A stretch of 63,632 bases of DNA. Source: Geosiphon pyriformis uo1. Its lineage: Eukaryota; Fungi; Glomeromycota. The notes beneath the pieces were generated by a model, which saw only the letters and a list, made by a program, of their open reading frames with translations, did no database searches and was not told the DNA's origin. Location: NCBI GenBank assembly GCA_016748015.1, contig JAAOMT010000649.1, positions 73,266-136,897 of the forward strand, given 5' to 3'. The first letter of the stretch is position 1. Every line of letters begins with the position of its first letter. Position numbers and translations under genes: made by a program. Positions 13,605 through 27,849 of this stretch are shown here, in pieces.

Positions 13605-13964
13605 TTTTTTTTTATATTAAGCTTTTTTTTAATGCTAAAATTATTAAAAATATGTCAAAAAATTAATTAATTAATTTCTTAATAAACAAGTATTGATGTC
13701 TTTTTTAATTACTTTTTAACTATTTTTTGCATTTCAACTTCTATAATAAAAACCAAAATATTAGTATTAATCTATAATTTTATTTACAGATAAAATAAAA
13801 TGTTAAAATAGATATTTAAGCAGTACTACAAATTAAGTACAAAACATGTTTAAAAAATAATTAACAAAAAGATTGAAATTTGTTTATTAAGAAAATTGAT
13901 TGGCTTTTATTAGTATATTATCAATAGTTTTAGCATTAATAAAAAAGATCTAGTATAAAAAAAA
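13605..13964. mobile_element. Palindromic MITE-like element
   Basis: 13605-13730 (ttttttttatattaagc..aatgctaaaattatt..tttcttaataaacaag..) aligns with the reverse complement of 13836-13964 (ttttttttatactagatc..aatgctaaaactatt..tttcttaataaacaaa..). The AT-richness weakens significance. Confidence 0.5.
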
Positions 13965-15997
13965 CTATATTATTTATTTTATTTAATAATTTAGCATTTA
14001 TATAATAAATAAACATGATTTAAAATAAAATTTTGATAATATAAAATATTAGATTTAGTTAAAAACTATTTATTAAGCATTAAAGACATAAAAATATTTA
14101 TAATTGTTTTGCTTTATTATTAGTTTTTAATTTGATTGGAATTTTATTAATGTTATTTTAATTTTGGTTCTTGTTACTTCTTATTAAAATTATTTAAAAA
14201 AAGCTAAGAAATAATTTATTTTATATTAAATACAATATCAACTGTTAAATAATTTCTTTTTTTTTAATATTTAATTATTATTAAATATCTTTAAAAAATA
14301 AATTATTCTTTGTTTTTTATAAATATTTTTTTATTAGACACAATTATAAAATTCGAAATAATTGTAAAAACTTTTGAAAAAATGTTGGCAAAAAGGTTAC
14401 AAAATATATAGCTAAAAACTAAAATTTTAATTTATTATTATTATTTTTAATAATATGTATTTGATTTTTGCCAATTATAATAATTATTTTTAATTTTATT
14501 AATTTAATATATCGGTTTTTATATTTAATGACTTAAAATTAAGTTCTATAAGATTAAAATTTTTGGCTATTTTTGTTACATAATACTTATAGTTAAATTT
14601 TTATAAATTATATAGCAAATAATAATACTACACTATTTTTATATCAAAATTAAATTTTAATTTTTACAAGCTTTAAAATATTATAAATAATATAAATAAT
14701 TTCCAATACCAATTTAATATTCTCAAAGAAAAATTATTTATTAATAAAACTTAAAACAACCAAAAGAATTACAAATGTTGTAAAATAAAAATTATTTAAC
14801 AATAAATAATATTTTTAAGATATTTTTTAAGACATATAATTCATTAATTATCGTATTACATAAAATTAAAAACTTAAGATATTTTATATAAATATATAAT
14901 TAAACTATTTAGTTTTATTTATTTTACTTTATCTTGAATTTTGTTAATGTTGTATTTTTATTATTTTAAATCTGAAAAACTTTGTTTTTGGTGTAAAAAT
15001 TGCATATCTTATTAAATTAAACATATAATTTAGGTGTTATATGGCACAGTTATTATTGTTATTACATAATACAATATATTAAAATTATTTATGTTTGACA
15101 AATCTATAAATTTATTAATTATAATCAGTATTTAGTATATTTTTAAATTTTAAAAAATATGTTAAAAAGTCAAATCACGTCAAAATGTTAATAATAAAAA
15201 CACTTGTTAATAGTTAAAACTATTATTAATAGGAAAAAAATAAAAAATTATTAAATTAAAAAATAACTATACAAAAATACATTGGAAATCTTACATTATA
15301 AGTAAGAAAATTTAATTTTATACATATTCTTTATACAAATACATACGAGACTATTATATTTTACAAATATATTTTAATATATATTATAGTTTTCTGTATA
15401 TATTTTATTTATTACATATGTAATCTATAATTTTTTAATACATTCTAAGCAAATACAAAATAAAAATTTTATATTTCTTATACATCTTTAATATACATTC
15501 TACTGAAATATATATTTATATTTACTAGTGAATAAGATAAATTTCTCCTATGCAAAATTCAATATCAAATATAGATAAATTAGTAAAATTAAAGATAAAA
15601 TATGAATTAAAGTTTACTAGTCACAAATTTATTAAAATTTAATGTTGGAAAATAAGTAAAACTAAAGATAAAAATTTAAAAAACTATACAATTCCACATT
15701 TATTTCATCCAAGTTTTTAATCAAATAAAAACCAAAGTATTAATCAATTAGAGGAAAGAATTTCATGTGAAAATCTTATATTAACATTTTGATAGAGTTT
15801 TTTAGTATTTACATAGTTTTATGTTTTAACAAGATTTCTCGATATTGTTAGAGATTTTCCGTTATGCAAAATAGTAAAACCCTTTTACCAATGACGAAAC
15901 CCTTTTTCCGACAGCTCTATTATGCACAGGTAAATCTATTACTCACGTTCGTGCTTTTTTAAAAGAACCAAAATCATTAACTGATTTTATTTCTTAG

Positions 15998-16270
15998 AAT
16001 CTGGCGCAACTTGGAAGTACATACCAAGCGAATAAGAAAAAACGAACTGCGGATCAAGCATTTGGAAACGATTATTTCGACTACCTTTATGGTATTGTAT
16101 CAACAGGTACGAAGTGGTATTTTATCATGTAAACGCCAGATGGTATAACTCTACAAGTGGTAGCGAGTACCAAATTAATCTGACGAAATCCGCAGTCAAA
16201 AAAAATCCTGAATTGCCTCTAAGTAACGTGAAAAGGGTAATTGTTGGGTTATCAAAAAGTAACAGGTATC
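15998..16270 (+). pseudogene. C-terminal fragment of a Glomeromycotina-expanded Crinkler/restriction-endonuclease-like family
   Basis: After an acceptor ttcttag: NLAQLGSTYQANKKKRTADQAFGNDYFDYLYGIVSTGTKWYFIM*TPDGI, a frameshift, then STSGSEYQINLTKSAVKKNPELPLSNVKRVIVGL. YGIV(S/T)T..W.F is the motif I recognise from this family. Confidence 0.65.
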
Positions 16271-16615
16271 GAAACAGATAGGTGGGAGCATTGTATTGAT
16301 AAAAAAATTTCTTGACAAAAGTGAACGGGCGTTACAAATTGTGATTTCTTTTTTGAATATTTAGTGTTATTCAATCATGAAATCGGGGCTTGAATTATTT
16401 GAAGCCGAGAATGCCGAAATTCCTGAACTTAACAAGAAGAAGTTGATAAAGTTAAGGGGTTGAGGTTGAGATGCTGAGCTCAAGGCTGATATATACGTTT
16501 TAGCAACAAGTTTTCCGGGATCATCAGATGTGGCTGTGAATTCATTCAAAAAGAAATTATAATATGAACGCCGGCTGAAATTTTTTTTGGAGGACTGCAG
16601 CCACATTTTTTTCCT

Positions 16616-16622
16616 TATAAAA
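16616..16622 (+). promoter_or_regulatory. Putative TATA box of the ML-domain gene
   Basis: TATAAAA about 65 bp upstream of ATG 16686. Weak evidence in AT-rich DNA. Confidence 0.3.
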
Positions 16623-16685
16623 AGAGGTCATGTTTTACTCTGATAAATTTCAAATTATCGTTAACTTCAAAGGAAAAAAGAAACC

Positions 16686-17522
16686 ATGAAACGAAATTTT
16701 TATTTTGTAGTTGTTTTATTAGTTACGATTTCAATAATCAATGCTATTCCACTAGATTCTTCTACCTCAGCATCTCCTTCTACCTCAGAAACTCCTTCTA
16801 CCTCAGAAACTCCTTCTGGCTCAGAATCTCCTTCTGGCTCAGAATCTCCTTCTACCTCAGAAACTCCTTCTAGCTCAGAAACTCCTTCTGGCTCAGAATC
16901 TCCTTCTGGCTCAGAATCTCCTTCTGGCTCAGAATCTCCTTCTGGCTCAGAATCTCCTTGCTCAGAATCTCCTTCTAGCTCAGAAACTCCTTCTAGCTCA
17001 GAAACTCCTTCTGGCTCAGAATCTCCTTCTACCTCAGAAACTCCTTCTAGCTCAGAAACTCCTTCTGGCTCAGAAACTCCTTCTACATCAGCATCTCCTT
17101 CTACCTCAAAATCTCCTTCTACCTCAAAATCTCCTTCTACCTCACAATCTTTTACTCCTTTATTTGTACCATGCAATGCTGTTCCTCAGCCCGATTTTAT
17201 CGCTGTAACAATCGAACCTGCAGCTTTCGCTGCTGGAGAAAAAATAAAAATTATTGCTACTGGAATAGCAGCTAAAACTATCGACTCAGCCACGATTTCA
17301 GCTGGATTTTCTAATGCTCGAAATGAAGACATAAGTACTGTTACTAAAAGTTTTTGCAGTCATTTGAGAGGAGGACAAAGTTGTCCGGTTGGATCAGGAA
17401 TAAAATTCACAATATCAACCCATATAAAGGCACCACACTCTATCATTGGTACCGCTTTTAGTTTTAGTATTGTAGAAGCATCCACCAATGCTCCATTATT
17501 CTGTGCAGTGGCTCGTTTGTAA
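16686..17522 (+). CDS. Secreted ML-domain (MD-2/NPC2-like lipid recognition) protein with Ser/Pro/Thr/Glu-rich repeat stalk
   Basis: Intronless 278-aa ORF with signal peptide MKRNFYFVVVLLVTISIINA|IP. C-terminal ~120 aa has the ML pattern FVPC..VTIEP..AGE..I.ATG..FC......SCPV.SG..F......I.AP....LFCA with four Cys. Confidence 0.85.
   Translation: MKRNFYFVVVLLVTISIINAIPLDSSTSASPSTSETPSTSETPSGSESPSGSESPSTSETPSSSETPSGSESPSGSESPSGSESPSGSESPCSESPSSSETPSSSETPSGSESPSTSETPSSSETPSGSETPSTSASPSTSKSPSTSKSPSTSQSFTPLFVPCNAVPQPDFIAVTIEPAAFAAGEKIKIIATGIAAKTIDSATISAGFSNARNEDISTVTKSFCSHLRGGQSCPVGSGIKFTISTHIKAPHSIIGTAFSFSIVEASTNAPLFCAVARL
16761..17150 (+). repeat. Coding minisatellite, 22 x 18 bp (tct acc/ggc/agc tca gaa act/tct cct)
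   Basis: Encodes STSETP/SGSESP/SSSETP units; one unit has an in-frame 3-nt deletion (CSESP). Confidence 0.95.
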
Positions 17523-18043
17523 ACATAAGAATTTTTAAATGGTTGAGGGAGTTCGCTTACAATAAGCTTAGCTTGAGTTTTTTTCTTCATTCAAAGTCGT
17601 TTTATTGATTCTGGTAATTTCATTTCTCTTGTTTTATTTTTCTCATATTCCCTTAAATTTTTTATTTACATCATGTAAAAGTGATATATGTATTGGTTAC
17701 AGATTTATTTCACTAAATAATGTTTACATATACATATCCTTTTTCGCAAATTTTTTTCAAACAAAAATTCTTTCTACCTTTTACATCTTCATGACTCCCC
17801 CAGGCAGGTTTGTAGAAATTTCCAAAAATAGCATTTTTGATTAATTTGAACGGCTCCTACTGGTTCGCGCTTTCATTCAAATCGCCAAATATGCAATTTT
17901 GTTCTACCATAATTGATGCAAATAATTGTATATCTTATTTTGAATATTTATATGATATATATATTCTACATGAATATTTAGCATTTTAGTGGAGTTGTAT
18001 TAAAAGATCCTATAAATCTGTATTCGGGGGGGGGGGGGGGGGG

Positions 18044-18063
18044 NNNNNNNNNNNNNNNNNNNN
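18044..18063. other. Assembly gap (20 N) flanked by poly-G
   Basis: G18 before the Ns and G4 after. Confidence 0.98.
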
Positions 18064-20295
18064 GGGGCGGCAATGTGAATTCGCCGATCATGGTGCTTAT
18101 ACACATACGAGATTATTTGGGGAACCGTTTATAGGCATTATAATATATACTGAGTTTTTTGTTGTTGTTTTCAATAGTTATATCACTCCAAATTAAGCGT
18201 TAAATAACTTTCTATCTAAAGAAAGCATTAATATTAATAAAAATAATTTATTTTGTTTATGCAATAAATGTTTTTAATAAAGATCTTGAAACATATACTC
18301 TTCTATTCATCATCGTATTGACCGCGTCGTATAATATGGTAAATGAAAATTCAAATAACGATGATTCTCAAATTAAACTTAAAATACAACTGGATCCAAT
18401 TGAAAATCAATTTCATTGCCATTGACATTGCTCAAGTAAACACCTTCCCAAAAGTATTGATGTCTCTGAGTCTTCTTCAAGAATGTATTCATACTGAAAT
18501 TGCATACTGTATAATATTTGGTCAAAATGATAGCTAGTATTATACCAGATTACTCGATTGATTTTTAGTGCCATTTTTGAATTAGAAAAATTTGTACCGC
18601 ACCTATATTTATAAGCTTCTTGCGGTCATTTCAAATATAAAAATTCTGATAATAAACAACAAATTAGTATTTTTTCTGGTAATTAATAATCATAGAGAAG
18701 AATACCTGTGTATCCTGAGTTGGAATGGTTTAAATACATTATACTGTTTATTATGACTATTTCTCTCGACTATTCCTCACGTTTCAAACTAGCACTTTTT
18801 CCATTTTTTTTATTCATTAATTTCAAATTTAAACAAAGGTAAATTAATCGCTGATGGCGAAAAACTCATTCGCTATATATTGGTTGTCGACATTAAATTT
18901 TCCGTTTGAAAACTGTTGCTTTACTCCGAAAAATTGAACCCATTGGAGCTCTACAATAAAGAAGAAATTAATATATTTGAATTTTTTTAATGCAAGGGTT
19001 ATAATAAATACTTTTCATGTTCTATATATTTTTTAAATTAGTTTTTCTAATAAATAATAATTTTTCGATATAGCTGGGCCGCAGCATCTAATAGCAGAAT
19101 AAATATCTTTTTTCACAACCTTCCCCCCACAATAATAACAATTAAAAATAGCTTGTTAGCCAAGTATAGATCAATCTTTTATGCTGCATTTATTTTATTA
19201 ACTAAGCAATTCAATTAGATTATAAATAATGTTTTTTGTTGTTAAGAAATCTTTTAAACTTCAACATTTTAGAACCTCTCAAGTTTACTAATTTGGGAGT
19301 TTTTAAAAACACAAAAAATTAAAGATTTGTTACTAAAATAGCATTTAATCATCAAATCGATTTTTCAAAGTCTTTTAATCGATATTTTAAAATCGGCACG
19401 AATAATATTTTTTCTGAGAGGTAAATATAAATTTTAGATCTACGATTAAAGAAATTTCCGACATATTTTAGTAAAATTATTTCTTAAATTAAACCTAATA
19501 GATATATCTCTCTTCGAAAAAAGAAAAAAATCACAACAGAGTAATGTTAATGACTCAGAAACAAGGGAGAATTGAAAAGCTCTAATGATGCTGTTCTATA
19601 AGCATAGACCCTTGTATATCTTTCTCATAACGCTTAGTAGCATATCTACACAAGCTTGAATTAGGCAATGAGATTTGATTGAATTTTAGTTTCACATCAA
19701 CATTTTTTTATTCGAAACTCACAAAATAAGCATCCATTAATATTTTATTTGGCTTCAAGTTTATTTTTGTGACTTGAACGAAATTTAAGGCTCTACTATC
19801 ATATATTTAAAATATTTTTGGGTTTTACTAAATATCAAATGTATCTTTTAGAACATTCGAAGTCAGAAAAAGTAATAAGGATTGAAACAGTCTGGCAGGC
19901 TGAATTTGAAATTTTGAATCGTCTTCATATATATTAAACTAAGCTTGCTTGCTTTTGAGATATTGGTATAAATTTATATTATAAAAGGTTTAAAACCTAA
20001 ATTTTCCTACTCGAAATTTAACCTTTTGGCAGATAGTGTGATAAAACAAATTTTTTATTTTCAACAAATATGATATTGGGTACTTAGCAAACAGAAATCT
20101 GCTAATCTATTTTTCCAAACAATGAGAGACTGTCGATAACTTTTAAAAAGTTCAGTTTTAAGAGAATAAATCATGTGAATTGTGAACTTAAACTCTAAAT
20201 TTAATTATCATGTTAAAAAACTGAATTTGTTCTAATCTTAGGTATTTTAGAGGACAAAGACTCAAAGTCGAACTTCATTTAATCTTTTAAAAATT

Positions 20296-21706
20296 TTATT
20301 TAAACGAAGGCAAAAATTCACGACAATCTTTGAATGTGGTATTAAAATAAGGCCCAAAATGCACTGATGTTCCTCTTCCATCAGTCCCCGAGTTACAATT
20401 CTACAAAATGAGAATTAAATTAGTCCAGTGTCGCGTATATTCAAGTAATAAAACAATTTTTCTTTAACCTACCCTATTCTCTCCAGCTTTATTAAGATCA
20501 TTTGACCAGTACCCAGGGCACTGAAAAACATCATATGCCAAATTAAATTGATCAAGATTTGAATCTGGGCATTGACAATTCTTTGGTGTAATCCAATATT
20601 CCCTCTCGTGATGCCTGAAAATGTGATTACTCTGGAAATTTGACCTAAAGTTCGGAATAAAATCGTTTGAATGTGTAACACGGTAAACCTCCAATTCATG
20701 ATTAATATATTCTGCGAAAACAGTGCTTCCAATTCTTGGCTGACCAAAAGTGACTGCAATAAATTTCAATCCTGAACCAGCAACATCAGGAGAATTTAAA
20801 AGAAAAGCCTCCTTTATCTTAAGGGCTGTCAATAACGCATAAGCTATGATGTGTAAAGAAAATAAATGTATAAACTGAATTAAAGTAAAAAAATTATCTA
20901 TTGTTTTTTCTTTGAATACCTCCTCCAATTGCGTGTCCAGTGAAATAAACTTTAAAATTTGAAGTTTTAAAAGTGATCACTGCTTGCGTTATCACCATAA
21001 AAATTGATAACATTATGAAGAAGGCATCTTTATCCCATTCATTTTCCACATATCCCCCTTCAGTTTTGATATATTCAGTAGAAGCGGTGGTTCTTGCTGC
21101 CCATTCGTGAACAGGGATCTCAGGACCGTGAAAATAAAAAACTATTTTTTTGCTCTGATAATCAAGATGATATTTTGCTGATGTAAATTATAAGAGATTC
21201 AATAGCTAGCTTTAAATGATCATATGATAATATCAATAAAAATAATGGATGTTACCATATTTTTCTTCACCACCAATACGATTCTCTGGGGAAGAGTAGC
21301 AGTAAGCCATATTGGCAAAACGAGCCATTTCTGATAACATGGAAAAGGTTTCATTATTTTGCAATAGAGTTTTTGGTGGTGAATTTCCATCCTGAAAAGC
21401 TTGACCATCATTCATTGCAATTTTATCGGAATGAACCCTTCGTCTAAAATTTTGAGTGAACGCTTTTAGGTGTTGCTCAAGTTTTCCCTCAAAAAGATCT
21501 CGCTTTTCTTGCCCAAATTGGGCAAAAACTATTGACTGTCCTGTTATCAACAGCAAAGCAACAATAATCAAAGAGAAAATTTTGAGAGTAAAACTGGCAT
21601 TTCCTGATAGGTTATGCAATAGAGTCCACATTTTATAACAGGACAAAAGGAAGCTGATATTAGTGAAACAAGATATCTTAAATTTTGACGAAAGATGTCG
21701 ACACAT
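20296..21706 (-). CDS. Class-3 lipase-like protein 1 (4 exons; nucleophile Ser replaced by Ala)
   Basis: Hydrophobic N-terminal segment, MARFANMAYC, IVFYFHGP, YFTGHAIGG|intron, VTFGQPRIG, YRVTHSNDFIP, HHEREYWI, last exon NCNSGTDGRGTSVHFGPYF..FK*. GT-AG introns and open exons. The start may instead be ATG 21631. Confidence 0.88.
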
Positions 21707-24700
21707 TTTTTTTATTTTAGGCAATATCAGCAAGATTACCTATTTATAGTCCATTTATCGCTGATACAAAAGTTTTGCCTATCAATAAAAATATTTATTT
21801 GCTGCTGTTGAAATCGCCGTCGCCACCATCTTTAGCCCCAGTTTCATCGATTTTTGTCTTCACTATTGATCCTGGCATTTATAAACCCTTGATATGGTAT
21901 TCTCCTATTAAAGGAATAGGTAAAGTTGGTCAACAAGATATTGGACGTATTACTCGTATTTACATTTATATGGACAATTTGATACACAAAAAGACAATTT
22001 GGCACAATCAACCACCAGACGCAAAAAAAAGAAGGCTAAAAGACTTGATAAAGCAGTGGCATATATGTGGTGAAAAATTACACGTTTTACAAAATGAATT
22101 CACAAAAAACCATTGCATTCTTAACTTGCCAATATTATTCTTCCTTTGAAGTGTCAAATATGATAACCGATAAATGAGAAAGATTACAGGAGAAAAAAGT
22201 TCGAAGAATGCTCGGTTAGGAATATGAAACTCGTTATGTGAAAAACTCAATCCAATTCAATATTCCAAGCATTACATATATAGAAAAGGGTTGCAGAGAC
22301 ATAGTTGTTGGTGTGCGTTATTACGATAAATCGAAGATCTTATTATGCTATTATTTATATATTGTGTCCATATTTGGTTGACACCTTTTAGTGTGAAATT
22401 CAAACATTACGAGATCGATGGTAAGGGTACCACAGAGAAGTTTATCACAAATCAGATGACCAATAGAAATTACCCTTATTTTGTTCAGGGATGGTAATCG
22501 AGCATTTTGCCTTAGCATTTTTATTTGTCTTATATTGAAGATGAATTTGAATTAGAACTTCCCACTATTTTATCAAACTGGACTAGCGAAAAATTTCGAA
22601 TTGTAATCTTGAGTCCAGTGTTAATTCTTCACATTGTTTGGTATTTGAATCGTTGGGGAAGACGAGTGTCTTTAATTTTTAATGTCCTCGTCAAACTTTA
22701 CTAGATTTATTTTTTTCAAGGAATATTGGCTATGGCAATGAATGGTAGGGTTGGACAGAAAACTAACGGTTATTTTCTGAACCAAACGGTTTCAAACTTT
22801 GATCTAAAAAAAATTGATGTATTAGAGCAAGAACCTTATAATAAATCGGTCATTCATTGTTTTGTCTCTTTATCACTAAACCTAAGTATGTTTTAAATTT
22901 TAAATGGGTAATCGAGTCGTGGCATTTATTTTACCCTTGAAAGTTGAGGATTCTTGGAAATAAACAATTTTTTAGTGAAATTTTTTATCCAGCGAATGTA
23001 CTGGAATTCGTAGATTTAAAAGTTAAGGCTTGATAAAGCATTAACAAAAAGTGAAAAAACACAAAGCAGCTCAACAACTAACTTAAATTTTTTTCAACAA
23101 AGAAATTAATATTCAAAGTTTTACTCCTTTATTCGATACTACAAAAGGACTCTATTGGTTTCGAAGGACAATAAATATAGGAATTCATCAAAACTACAGA
23201 GCTTAGATATTTGATATTTTGATGAAATTTAATTTCAAATATTTGAGATATTGTGAAATAATACAATTTCTACTGAAGTCTTATTATCATAAAAAGTGGT
23301 TTTTATTTCTATTTATCTTTTATTTAATAATATTTTTTTGAATTAAAAAGCTCCTTCCATCATATCTGTATATGCTTATTTGATATTTATTCATCCTTTA
23401 TTTGGTAAGTTATCAGTTATAATATTAAACTTTAAATAATCTCAAAAATTTATTAACACCAAAACTAAAAGAAAATATAAAAGTGGAAAGAATTAATGAA
23501 AAACTTCAAATTAAAGAACAGATTAATTATAAAAATCTAATACAGTTTGGGAAATAAGTAAATACTAATAGTAACTTTTTGTTTTGAAACAAGTAAATTC
23601 ATATAATGTTCATGTAAAATTTCTTAAAAATTTTATATTACTAAGAGATCATTCATTTTAATCGTGGTCCCTCAAACATTTTTGTTACAAATCAAAATTG
23701 GAATGCATTTAATGATGATAAATTCATCAAGTTTATTTTTCATCTGAATATCAGCGTCAGCGGTTTTAGTGGATAATAAATGGTTAAATTTAACCTTTCT
23801 TAACTGTTCTTATGATCAAATTTTTATAATGGCTATTCTAAATAGTAAATCACTTTTATCTTATTCCAACTTTCTATAACTAAATTTATTGAAAAGTCTT
23901 GGAATATGTTTATCTCTCGAATTGTCCAACTGCTGAAGTTTATAAGATGGTACCAATAAAAAAAATATATACAAAAAATGTTGACAGCTTCGAAGATTTT
24001 TAACTGCCAGATAATTAATTGTTACAAAATTTATTTATTTATTTATTTATTTATTTGATTGAGAAGGATTTTTGTATTGATTAATTTTTTAATTTAATTA
24101 TCATATATTATTTTCTGCAATTATTTGTCACTTATTTATTTTACTATATGCATTTATTAATTTCCAATAAATTGTAATCTTCTACTCGATATTTTAAACC
24201 CGATAATGTGATTAATTTTATTACTTGTAATTTGATTAGTTAATTTTTTTATAATTGATAAATTTTAGATATCTCTTATTATATATAATATAATTTTATC
24301 TAAATGGTTTCTTGTGTTCATTTTAATATTTTAAATTTATTTTTATTGATTTAAAGAATATATTATTTTTAAAAAAATTGGAATCTTATATGAGATATAT
24401 GATGGAAGTCTACAGCTCAAAAAAAAATACGTAGAAGAAATGCTAAAAACTGTCCAGTATAGTACGTTATTTAACTTAATTTAATTTAAACCCACTTTTA
24501 TTAATGAATTAGTGTATTGAAATATTTAAAAATGCTAAAAAAAATTTGTGATCAAAAGATTAGCATTTATTTATTATCTATGATAGCTATTTAAATTCAT
24601 AAAAAATGATAATCAGTTGGTTAAATCTTTTTTAAATCTAATATGCTAGAATTTCTTTTTGGAAATGTTCTCTTACAAGTTCAAGTGCCTTGAAATTCTT

Positions 24701-27700
24701 AATTTGATTATTATTAATAAATTGAATTCAAAAGTATAAGAAAATATTAGGCCTAAAAATTTATCAATTACTGAGTTTTTTTATTGTAATAAAATACTCG
24801 ATATTTATAAACTTATTATTCATACATGTTACTTCATATAATTTTTAATATTTTCAATCAAGTAAATTAACTAACTTCTAATTTTAATGTGAAACCATTA
24901 AAACTCTGAAAATTTAAATTTGAAATAGCAATAAAAAGCTAAAAAGCTGATTTTAATGATTTCTCTTTCAGAATGATTTAAAAACTTATTATTTTTGGAA
25001 TTTACTTAATATAATTTTTTCCAATTAAAAAATAAATCAAAACTATTGATAAAATCTTGAACATTAAAAATATAGAGCAAAAAAAATTCTATAAATTGTA
25101 AATAAATTTTAGAGATATAAAGATTTTGAAAAATGAAAAAGCTATATAAGTTATATAATTACAATAATTGTAAAATATTATAGTCGAATGCTTACAATTA
25201 TTCATTCTATAATAGAACATTTCAGATGATCTCAATATTACCAAATGGTGTATAAAATAATTTTAAATACTTAATAATTTATTTTCAATATTACTCTATT
25301 TTTATAAAATTTTAATTTTCTAAATTCAAATAAGTATGATATTATATGTTGAATATATATCAATCACATTTTTTTAACAGACTCAAATCTTCAGAATATA
25401 ATTAAACTCTTAATATTAATAATAACTGATTTTGATAAATTTATGTAAATTCTAAATTTCAACATAAATTTCGATTTGGAATATTCTTTGAAACTTATAT
25501 TTTAGTTAAAATGATTAGCTTAGTATACTGAAAAACTATTTATTAATAATAAAGTTTAATACAAACAAATTTTATTTTAAAAATTAAAATTATACTTTTT
25601 TGATATTTCAGTTGAAAATAAATTCAAAGCCAGTTTAACATCTTATTTTTTAACTTAACTTTGTCGAGGGTTGTTTGTTTCGGGGGCAATTTATTTCGTG
25701 CTCTAATTTTCGACAATAAATAATTAAAGTGAGGTGAATTCTTGTAGAAAATTAACTTTTGATTTTCGAACAATTGAAAAACTTCTTTGTCATTAAATTG
25801 TGGCAGTAAAAATTGGTAGGCTAAATTCATTAATATTTCTTACTCAGGGATTGAAGTTTGCTCACATTTCTAAGCTGCGACTTTAAATGTTATTTGTGAT
25901 TAAATTATAAATTGTATTTTTAAAACTGATAAAAAAAAATTTTTTTATTTTAATTAATTAAATAAATACGGGAATAATAATCGACAATTTTAAATTTATT
26001 TTTAACTAAATAAAAATGAATATATCTTTCAAAATTTCATTTAAAAACTTTATCTAATATGTTTAATAAAATGGTTTAAAAAATATCCAATTTTAATGGT
26101 AAATATTGTGATTATTTTAAGTATAAAAATTATTTTTGCATTTATATTAAGTATTGATAATTTTATATTATTATTTATATTTTGTAAATTATTGATATTT
26201 GTTAACTAATATTTTTTCATAAATATCTTAAAATACTGTAAATTATTAAAATATTAAAAAATACTAATTATTCAAAAAATATTTTATTATATATTTTTTG
26301 CAAAACTATTTAAATTTAAAATTCTAAAAATTTGTGTCATAATTCATTTTAATATATTAAATCATAATTTATATACAATTTGAATGTCACATTTGTTTTA
26401 TTTTGACTCAGCCTATAAATATTATAGTTAGTTTTTCAGAAATTTGTTTGTAACCAAATTAAATATTTTTAGCCTATTTTTTATTGCCAAAAAATGAAAA
26501 CCGAATTTTTACATGTACAACCATATTAATTTTAAATTTTTTTATGATTTTAAGATGTAGTAAATTTTAAAAAAATTAAATTTATATTTACTTGATATTT
26601 TTAAATTTAAATCCTATTTATAAAAATACTTAATTATTAATGATTGATAAACCTATCTAAATTTGTTTGCTTTGGTCATATAATTTAAAGATATTAAAAT
26701 TATACAATAAAATAATTTTTGCAATATATTAAAAAACAAAATTTTTGATTTCAAAATATAATTTCTACTTTTATTATGAAATTCTTACTGAATACATATT
26801 TAAGATCAAAAAACATCATAATTTTTTATTCTTGTTATTTCAATAAGATTAATTATTATTTTTTATTTTCTTAGTAAATAATAAAATGGATGCATTATTG
26901 AATTTTTAATTTTAAAAGATGATAAAATGCAGAATTAGAGAATTTATAAATTTCAGTTTGAGAAAATTTAATTTTTAATTTTTCTATTTGCTAGTCCAAT
27001 CAATTGATATTTTCTGATTAAAAGATTTTCTTGTAAACGGTATTAGAGAAGAGATCTAAAAGTTTTATTTAGGAATCTGAATTTAATTTGAGAGCTATTA
27101 AAAACAAGAAAGTTGAAAATTTTCATTAATAAAATTTTTCATTTTTAGTATTAGGCAAGATACAATAATAAAAATGTCTAGAAATTAAAGCATAATTTTA
27201 TTTTAAAAGATAGACCTTTTAAAGATACATGTATTCAAAAAATCCGAAATAAAATATCTCAAGTAATTTAAAAAACTTATTTTAATTATATGAAACATTG
27301 ACTAAATGTATAATGTTTGTTTAAAGTTTGAAAGCAAAAATATATTGTATCTAGAATTTTTATATTTTCCTATTTCCAAAATCATGAGTGTGATGAAATA
27401 TGTCTAATCACTTATTAATTTTCAATTTGAGTCTTAATACTTGTAAAATGTAAGTGATCAATCGTGAATTTTATTCGGTTTTACGTTTATAATTTCGACA
27501 AACACATTTAAGAAGCAGTGATTATCCGTTAAAATGCATTACAATTGATTAGAAAGTACATCTACAAGTGTGAAAGCAATAGGGAGGTCTTATGATTAAA
27601 TCTTGCAGTATTTGTCATGCATCACACGAAGTTTAATGATTTTTAAACTTGTTTGGCGGCTTAAATTGTTCATATTAATTAAAAGGGAAAAATATTTTTA

Positions 27701-27849
27701 TAAATTAATTTATTAAAATATGTCCACGGAGTTTAACAATATAAATACGGACCTCCACCTTCAAAAATTCACCTTCTAAACGTAATATTAATCAAATCCT
27801 TTTTTCTTACAATAAACTATTCAGTTCTATTCGCACACTTATCCACATC

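Noticed and set aside
16761-17150. CRISPR-like regular repeat
   Set aside because: No unique spacers; it is an in-frame coding repeat in a eukaryotic gene.
16700-17176. 158-aa antisense ORF (EGDSEP repeats)
   Set aside because: Shadow of the stop-free coding minisatellite on the opposite strand.
18026-18067. Poly-G tract as a G-quadruplex element
   Set aside because: It abuts an N gap, so its length and reality are uncertain; may be a sequencing or assembly artefact.
21775-22750. 124-aa ORF and moderately GC-rich, coding-like sequence upstream of lipase 1
   Set aside because: No recognisable motif or consistent exon structure; possibly a decayed gene but unsupported.
25624-25830. 68-aa ORF in a small CpG-containing patch
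   Set aside because: Short, with no family motif recognised.
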